Below the pieces are notes generated by a model, which was given only the letters and a program-made list of their open reading frames with translations, was not told the origin of the DNA and ran no database searches. Shown piece by piece: positions 58,416-64,000 of a stretch of DNA of 64,000 bases. Location: the NCBI GenBank assembly GCA_963720265.1, contig CAVRET010000002.1, positions 1,006,069 to 1,070,068 on the forward strand, read 5' to 3'. This stretch comes from an uncultured bacterium. GTDB taxonomy: Bacteria; Patescibacteriota; Saccharimonadia; UBA4664. A program made the translations under genes and the position numbers. The number at the start of each line of letters is the position of its first letter. The stretch's first letter is position 1.

Positions 58416-59762
58416 ATGGTTGTGAGTATACGTCAGCTCGGGTTGGCTTTGGCCGTTGTCGTGGTATTGTTGCCGTCGGCTGCGGCCGCTGATTTACTCC
58501 AAAGTACCCACTATCGTCTTGACCCCGATGTGGCCGATAATTTCGGCGGCACCGGCAGCTCGACTGATTATGGCCTCACCGATGCCGGCGGCGAGGCGGT
58601 CGTGAGCGCCGGCGCAAGCCAAAGCTACATGCTTTCCCAAGGTTACGTAGCATCGCTGCCGCAAAGCATTTCGCTCACGGTCCTACCCTCCGGCACCGAG
58701 GCCTATTATCCGCTCGACACCGGCACCGGCGACCGGGCCTACGACATGAGTGCCAATTCCAACGATGGCGCACTTACCGGTAACCCCAGCTGGATCACCG
58801 GCCAGGTCGGCGACGCACTGAGTTTTAACGGTTCCAGCCAGTACGTCACCATCCCCGATAACTCCAGTCTCGACCAAACCGGCGATCTTACCATCGAAGC
58901 TTGGGTTAATCTCGCAAATTACACCAACACCAACGAAATCGTAGCCAAAACCGTAGGCTCCGGCAGCACCAATACCACATACGACTTGCGTACCCAAGCC
59001 GGCACCGGCGATCTGCAATTTCTTGGCTATGATTCGGCACTACGCACGGTCACCTCCACCGTACCGGTCGGCACCGGCGGCTGGCACCAGGTGGCCGTTA
59101 CCAAAACCGGCGGCACCGCTACGCTCTACATCGACGGCCTAGTGGAAGGACAGGGGAGCGTCGGCACCACCACCACCAATACCAGTAATCTAAAACTCGG
59201 TGCTCGCGACGACCTTAATGCCTCGAACTTCTTAAACGGCGACATTGACGAAGTGCGGATCTACGACCGAGCGCTGTCAGCAGCCGAAATCTCAGGCGAT
59301 TATGCCGCAGGCGTTGCCGGCCTCGAGTTCGCGCAAACCATGCCGAACGTCAACCCCGGTACGTCGTCCACCTATGGCACCGACTGCGTCGTGCGGACCG
59401 ACGCCGGTGGCTACGACCTCTACATTCAAGAGCCCAATTTGCTTACCCACACTGACGGCCACACCACCATTCCGGCCATCTCATCAACCATTGCCTCTCC
59501 CGCAGCCTGGGTGCAAGGCACCACTCAAGGCTTTGGCTTCACGGTCGTAAACGGCACCCAAGTTGAAGCCAAATGGGGAACCAACCCGAATTACGACTAT
59601 GCTGCAGTACCCGCAACCTCCACCGATTTCCACTCTCGTGACGGCTTCACCGGCGGCACGCCCGAAACCACCAGTCTGCAGTTCCGGGCCGATACCTCCA
59701 CCAGCCAAAAATCCGGCACCTACTCAGCCACTATCATCTACACGGCGACGCTCAAACCGTGA
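58416..59762 (+). CDS. secreted LamG (concanavalin-A-like lectin/glucanase) domain protein with a family-type C-terminal domain
   Basis: 448 aa. ...LKLGARDDLNASNFLNGDIDEVRIYDRALSAAEI is a LamG_3 signature. C-terminus ...SGTYSATIIYTATLKP resembles the paralog family. Confidence 0.65.
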   Translation: MVVSIRQLGLALAVVVVLLPSAAAADLLQSTHYRLDPDVADNFGGTGSSTDYGLTDAGGEAVVSAGASQSYMLSQGYVASLPQSISLTVLPSGTEAYYPLDTGTGDRAYDMSANSNDGALTGNPSWITGQVGDALSFNGSSQYVTIPDNSSLDQTGDLTIEAWVNLANYTNTNEIVAKTVGSGSTNTTYDLRTQAGTGDLQFLGYDSALRTVTSTVPVGTGGWHQVAVTKTGGTATLYIDGLVEGQGSVGTTTTNTSNLKLGARDDLNASNFLNGDIDEVRIYDRALSAAEISGDYAAGVAGLEFAQTMPNVNPGTSSTYGTDCVVRTDAGGYDLYIQEPNLLTHTDGHTTIPAISSTIASPAAWVQGTTQGFGFTVVNGTQVEAKWGTNPNYDYAAVPATSTDFHSRDGFTGGTPETTSLQFRADTSTSQKSGTYSATIIYTATLKP

Positions 59763-61393
59763 CCACGCGGCATGTGCTCATGGGTCTCGGCATTACGGCC
59801 GGCTTAGGGCTAAGTCTGGCCGTTGCTCCTGCCGCCAGGGCCAGCACACCCGGCTTGCAGGTTAACCCGCTTGAGTACCAGAGCACACTCAAAGGCACTG
59901 ACATCGAAAGCGGCTTCATCGACGTCGCCAATCCCGGCGACACCAGCATCAACGTGGTCTCAAACGTTGAAGGGTTCCGCCAGGCTGACCTCGCCGGCGA
60001 TCTCGCCTTCTTTAATAGCACCCCGCTAAATCAGGGCATCGTGGTTGGCTTGCCGCAATTTAGCCTCGGCCCTCGTCAGGCCATACGCGTCAGCTTTTCC
60101 GTTGACCCTAGTCGGCTGCCCAAGGGCGGCGTCTATGCCGTGATTTTCTTCCGCACCGTACCACCGAACCAATCCAGCTCCAGCTCATTCATTGCCGAAT
60201 CGGCCAATGTCGGCACGCTGCTGTTGCTCCAAAACGGGCCGGCCCAAAAAACCGGCCGCATCAAACAGCTGAATCTTGGCTTTTGGCAGCTCGGGAGTGG
60301 CATTTCAGGCTCCGGTGAGTACGGGAACACCGGCGGAGATACAGCAGCGGCCGTGAAACCCGTTATTACCAGCCACGTTTGGCCGTGGGGCCGCGCCACC
60401 CGTTTCACCGGGCCCTTGGTATTGCCGGGATCCACGCGCGCGTTTAGCTTCAGTCGGCCAGGCTCGTACGCAGGTCTCTTGCCCGTCACCCTCATTGACC
60501 CCACCACCGGCGCCGCTACCACGCGCTGGGTCGTCGCCTGCACCGGCGGGTACGCCTTTGCCCTGCTTATCGCTGTAATCCTCGCACTGTTCTGGCTCGT
60601 CTACCACCTCACGCGCCGGGCCAAAACCGGCACCACCGCTGCAAAGCCCGTGGTGGGGTTCGCAGTCGGGCACGTCTACAAGCAAGCCTTGCGCCGCCAA
60701 AAGGCGCTTGGTTACCGCCTCAGTCTCAAAGACAGCCCGCCCGGCTGGATCGACACGCTCATGCTAGCTGACATGACGAAAACCTTCCGGGCTGCTAGCC
60801 TGCCGGTCTCAGGCCTCAACTACTTTACACTCGGCTCAGTCGAATATGGCCACTCCGCCCGCTTCAACCCCGACAACCCGCACTATCAGGCCTGGCTCGG
60901 CGGTTACCTTGTGCATTTTGACCAAAAACCAGATTGGACCCCGCAAGACTACTTCAAATTGCCCGAGGCCGACCAAATCAAATGGCTGCACCACTTTGGG
61001 GACCCCAACCCGGTCATGCAATTCGAGCACATTGGCGACCCTGAGCTCATCAAAAATGGCGACTTTACCGGCCGCCTGCACCTCTGGACCGGCACCACGC
61101 ATGCTGATATCGGCCCGGGCAACCGTAGCTTCCACACCCGCACCTACATGGAGGGCATGGCGCACGTCATGAACCAAACCCACCCCGGCCTCGGGCTCAA
61201 AGGCAAGAATTTCATCCCCGGCCCCAGCGATGCAGCCTATGAGCCGCTTAAGCTGGCCGGCTACCTGGCCATTTTCGAGCTCGAGCCAAACCTCGCCGCC
61301 GTCCTCTACGTCTGCGGCACCGGCGAGTTAGTGAAAAACTTGCGTGCGCTGGAGCAGTTGCTCAAAGACCACTTGGTGCTGGAAAAGAACTAG
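59759..61393 (+). CDS. bitopic protein: DUF916-like ectodomain, TM, and a ~260-aa cytoplasmic domain of unknown function
   Basis: 544 aa. TM AFALLIAVILALFWLVYHLTRR in mid-protein. Its start overlaps the previous gene. Confidence 0.55.
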   Translation: MTTRHVLMGLGITAGLGLSLAVAPAARASTPGLQVNPLEYQSTLKGTDIESGFIDVANPGDTSINVVSNVEGFRQADLAGDLAFFNSTPLNQGIVVGLPQFSLGPRQAIRVSFSVDPSRLPKGGVYAVIFFRTVPPNQSSSSSFIAESANVGTLLLLQNGPAQKTGRIKQLNLGFWQLGSGISGSGEYGNTGGDTAAAVKPVITSHVWPWGRATRFTGPLVLPGSTRAFSFSRPGSYAGLLPVTLIDPTTGAATTRWVVACTGGYAFALLIAVILALFWLVYHLTRRAKTGTTAAKPVVGFAVGHVYKQALRRQKALGYRLSLKDSPPGWIDTLMLADMTKTFRAASLPVSGLNYFTLGSVEYGHSARFNPDNPHYQAWLGGYLVHFDQKPDWTPQDYFKLPEADQIKWLHHFGDPNPVMQFEHIGDPELIKNGDFTGRLHLWTGTTHADIGPGNRSFHTRTYMEGMAHVMNQTHPGLGLKGKNFIPGPSDAAYEPLKLAGYLAIFELEPNLAAVLYVCGTGELVKNLRALEQLLKDHLVLEKN

Positions 61394-61489
61394 CTCTCAG
61401 CCCTCGCTCAATGTTGTAGAAATTACCGCCACAAATCTTGCCTATACCATAAGCGTAATGCTAAAATGCTTATGTAAGTCAGGTTGTGA

Positions 61490-64000
61490 ATGGGGCTAGG
61501 CCGCAAGCTTCGAGTTCAAGGCATTGTACTCGTAGCCGCCGGTCTCCAAATCCTAACAGCCCTCTTTGCCGTCTCGATTTTAGTGACGCCCACCGCCACC
61601 TCGGCGGTCAACCAAACCATCCCCTATCTCATCAATTTCCAGGGCCGCCTCACCGACAACAACGGCAACGTCCTGCCCGACGGCAGCTACAACATCAAGT
61701 TCCGCATTTTCAACGCCTCAACCGGTGGCACCAACGAATGGGAAGCCGACCGCGTCTACGGCACCTCGGACCACCGCGTCACAGTTGAAAATGGCCTCTT
61801 CAACATCCAATTCGGCGACACCTCGCAAGGGGACCCAACACTTTCGCCGAGCCTGTTTTCCGGCACCTACCCGCTCTACCTCGAGGTAGAGCTACCTACC
61901 CCAGCCTCCGCCACCTGCGCTTCAAACGGCTGCGCGGTCTGGACCGAAGGCGCCATGACTCCGCGCCAATCACTCGCAAGCAGTCCCTATGCTTTCAACG
62001 CCGACACCCTCGACGGCATTGATTCCACCGCCTTTGGCCAACTTTCCACCGCCAATTCCTGGACCGCCGCCAACTCATTTACGCCCAGCTCCGGCGTTGC
62101 CATCACACTTACCCCGGCCGCCTCCACCGACTCACTCGACGTCAAAAACTCCAGCGGTGCCACCCAAGCCTACTTCGATTCGAACGGCATCCTAAACGTC
62201 GGCCAAACCATCCAAGACACAACTACCACGGTCGACCTTGGCACCTCGGCCAACCCGTTCCGCAGCGGCTACTTTGGCACCAGCGTCCAAACCCCGGCCT
62301 TAAATGCCACGTCTTCCGGTGGCACCATCACCACCAATGCCGGCACCATCCAAAACTCGACCTCATCCACCGGCATGACCATCGACCTCAAGAGCTCGTC
62401 CAACACCACGCTCACCGTCACCAACTCCGGCACCGGCACGGCCGGAGTCAGCGTCGAAGGCGGCCTCACCATTGGCACCGGCCAAACCTACGATGTTGGC
62501 TCCAGTACGGGCGAAGGAGTCACCTGCTCGTCCGGCCAAATCCTTAACGCTATCGCCGTCACCGGCGGCGTGGTTACAAGCGGTTCCTGCGTTGCTGCCG
62601 GCGGCGGCGATCAAATGATAGGCGAGTGGAGTTCCGCAACGGCAGGTGCAACTACGAATCAACTAACCACGGTCCAGTTTACTGGCGCAGCCAATTCCAC
62701 TCCAAGCTTCAGCAACAGCCTGCACACCCTCACACTTCCATCCAACGCTTCTCGGATTGTGGTCGAAACCAAAGGGGCGGGCGGCGGTGGCGGTAGCACA
62801 GGCAGTGCCACGGCTTACTTGGGCGGCGGCGGCGGCGGCGAGGGTGGCTACTCCAAAGTCTCAATTACCAACAGCCTGGCTACAAACTACTACTTCAACA
62901 TCGGTGCGAGCGGTTCCGGCGGCGCTGGTAGTCTCGCGGCCGGCCAAAACGGTTCGCCCGGCGGCAATACTTGTTTCGGGACGAACTCATCTAATGCCTG
63001 CACCACCCCGAGCGCCGAAGCCCTCGGTGGTTCCGGTGGCGCCCTTTCTGACACTGCCGGTGCCAAGGCTGGTGGCGCGGGCGGCACTACATCCGGTGCG
63101 TCCGGCGATGTCACCACTGGTGGAGCTCCCGGCTGCAACTCTACTGGCGTGGCCAACGCCGCCCAAAGTGGTTGTGGCGGCGGTCAAGGTGGAGGCGTTG
63201 GGATTGCTTCAGTAACAGCCGTCGGCAACAATGGCGTAAACGGCGGTGGTGGTAGTGGAGCCATGGGTGAAGATGTTGCAACCACGGAGAAGGCGGGCGG
63301 CGCGGGCGGCGCCGGCTATGTTACCGTCACCGTCTACGTAACGGTTGCCGGCACCGGCAACCCGGCCACGCTACAGTCGTCGTACAGTAACGACACGGGC
63401 TCCGACGACATTACGCTCAGCTCCAGTCACCCTCTCATTGTGCGCGATAATTCCACGCCACTCGGCACGAACCTGTTCGAAGTCCAAGACAACGCTGGTG
63501 CCAACAACTACTTTGCGGTCTCAAGCTCCGGCATCTCCACCAACGGCACGGCTACGGCCGCCACCGTTAATGCCACCTCGGGCTATCAAGCCAACGGCAC
63601 GGCCGGCACCGGTGTAGCCTGCGGCGCCGGCACGGTCAACGAAGCCGCGACTTACACCGAAGGCTTACTCACTACGGCCGGCACCTGCACCGCCGTGCAA
63701 GCCGCGGGTAATTACATCGTGCAAGCGCCGGTTGGTACGGCCAACACTATTACCGCGGCCAGTGGCGCGCAAGACCTCGTATTAAAGGGTACCAACGGCA
63801 CCGGAACCGACCTGCTCGACATCTACAACACGGCTGTTTCCCCCGTGCTTACCAGTTACTTCGATAACAACGGTGCGTTCCACACGACTACTGCCATTTC
63901 AGCTCCGACATCAACGAACACCATTAATAGCCTCATTATTAATGGTGGTGCGGTGTCCGGCGTCACCGGCTACACGCAAGGCTCCGGCAGCTTCAGCGAC
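61490..64000 (+). CDS. giant secreted Gly/Thr/Ser/Ala/Asn-rich surface protein, 5' part (837 aa in window; continues beyond 64000); not in the supplied ORF track
   Basis: Frame 2 is open from ATG 61490 to the window end; I checked it codon by codon across the whole span. N-terminal TM/signal GIVLVAAGLQILTALFAVSILVTP. Long GGxG / TxT tracts suggest a beta-helix or fibre. Confidence 0.6.
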   Translation, partial: MGLGRKLRVQGIVLVAAGLQILTALFAVSILVTPTATSAVNQTIPYLINFQGRLTDNNGNVLPDGSYNIKFRIFNASTGGTNEWEADRVYGTSDHRVTVENGLFNIQFGDTSQGDPTLSPSLFSGTYPLYLEVELPTPASATCASNGCAVWTEGAMTPRQSLASSPYAFNADTLDGIDSTAFGQLSTANSWTAANSFTPSSGVAITLTPAASTDSLDVKNSSGATQAYFDSNGILNVGQTIQDTTTTVDLGTSANPFRSGYFGTSVQTPALNATSSGGTITTNAGTIQNSTSSTGMTIDLKSSSNTTLTVTNSGTGTAGVSVEGGLTIGTGQTYDVGSSTGEGVTCSSGQILNAIAVTGGVVTSGSCVAAGGGDQMIGEWSSATAGATTNQLTTVQFTGAANSTPSFSNSLHTLTLPSNASRIVVETKGAGGGGGSTGSATAYLGGGGGGEGGYSKVSITNSLATNYYFNIGASGSGGAGSLAAGQNGSPGGNTCFGTNSSNACTTPSAEALGGSGGALSDTAGAKAGGAGGTTSGASGDVTTGGAPGCNSTGVANAAQSGCGGGQGGGVGIASVTAVGNNGVNGGGGSGAMGEDVATTEKAGGAGGAGYVTVTVYVTVAGTGNPATLQSSYSNDTGSDDITLSSSHPLIVRDNSTPLGTNLFEVQDNAGANNYFAVSSSGISTNGTATAATVNATSGYQANGTAGTGVACGAGTVNEAATYTEGLLTTAGTCTAVQAAGNYIVQAPVGTANTITAASGAQDLVLKGTNGTGTDLLDIYNTAVSPVLTSYFDNNGAFHTTTAISAPTSTNTINSLIINGGAVSGVTGYTQGSGSFSD

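Noticed and set aside
1-64000. Alternative genetic code (UGA reassignment, as in some CPR lineages)
   Set aside because: Well-supported genes such as virB4, GT4, doc and relE terminate at TGA/TAA/TAG with full-length products, so the standard code 11 fits.

Overview
The organism appears to be a monoderm (Gram-positive-type) bacterium; by inference only, it may be a CPR/Saccharibacteria-like or other non-Firmicute lineage. Codon usage is GC-moderate, Shine-Dalgarno sites are AGGAGG/GGGG, genes end in TGA/TAA/TAG, and no rRNA, tRNA or CRISPR genes were found. The 64-kb window is a mosaic of four blocks. (1) 0.6-15.6 kb: a cell-envelope polysaccharide locus. It holds a Wzx-like flippase::GT4 fusion, a GT4 glycosyltransferase, an LmbE/PIG-L deacetylase, two processive QxxRW GT2 synthases, two divergent paralogous secreted TIM-barrel-like hydrolases, and a 942-aa surface CE4 deacetylase with a triplicated CBM/Ig module. 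(2) 15.9-22 kb: a visibly GC-richer block, presumably horizontally acquired, with an ECF sigma factor carrying a long C-terminal extension, a TetR-MFS(DHA2) operon with a palindromic operator, and GC-rich hypotheticals. (3) 22-50 kb: an accessory island with an IS1595 copy plus an IS1595 fragment, an IS5-family transposase, and four type II TA modules (Phd-Doc, VapBC, RelBE-like flanked by 35-nt direct repeats, BrnTA). It also has a PLD-like protein with a K-to-R HKD variant, ricin-B lectins, an HTH-GHKL kinase-like protein paired with a DUF4325/STAS-like protein, and a Cys-rich repeat protein. Its centrepiece is a minimal T4SS-like cluster: VirB2-like pilin, VirB6-like protein with a pilin-like N-domain, VirB3/PrgI-like protein, a VirB4 ATPase split in two by an in-frame TAA followed by an SD-driven restart, and a CHAP hydrolase. 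No relaxase or coupling protein is present in the window. (4) 50.5-64 kb: a >13-kb co-directional surface-protein locus whose architecture resembles csc/WxL cell-surface complex loci. It has three paralogous secreted proteins (variable N-terminus, ~85% conserved C-terminus, ESPR/YSIRK-like extended signal motif), a small LPXTG protein, two DUF916-like bitopic proteins, and a LamG-domain protein. It ends in a giant Gly/Thr/Ser-rich secreted protein (61490 to beyond 64000) that is absent from the supplied ORF track because it runs off the window.
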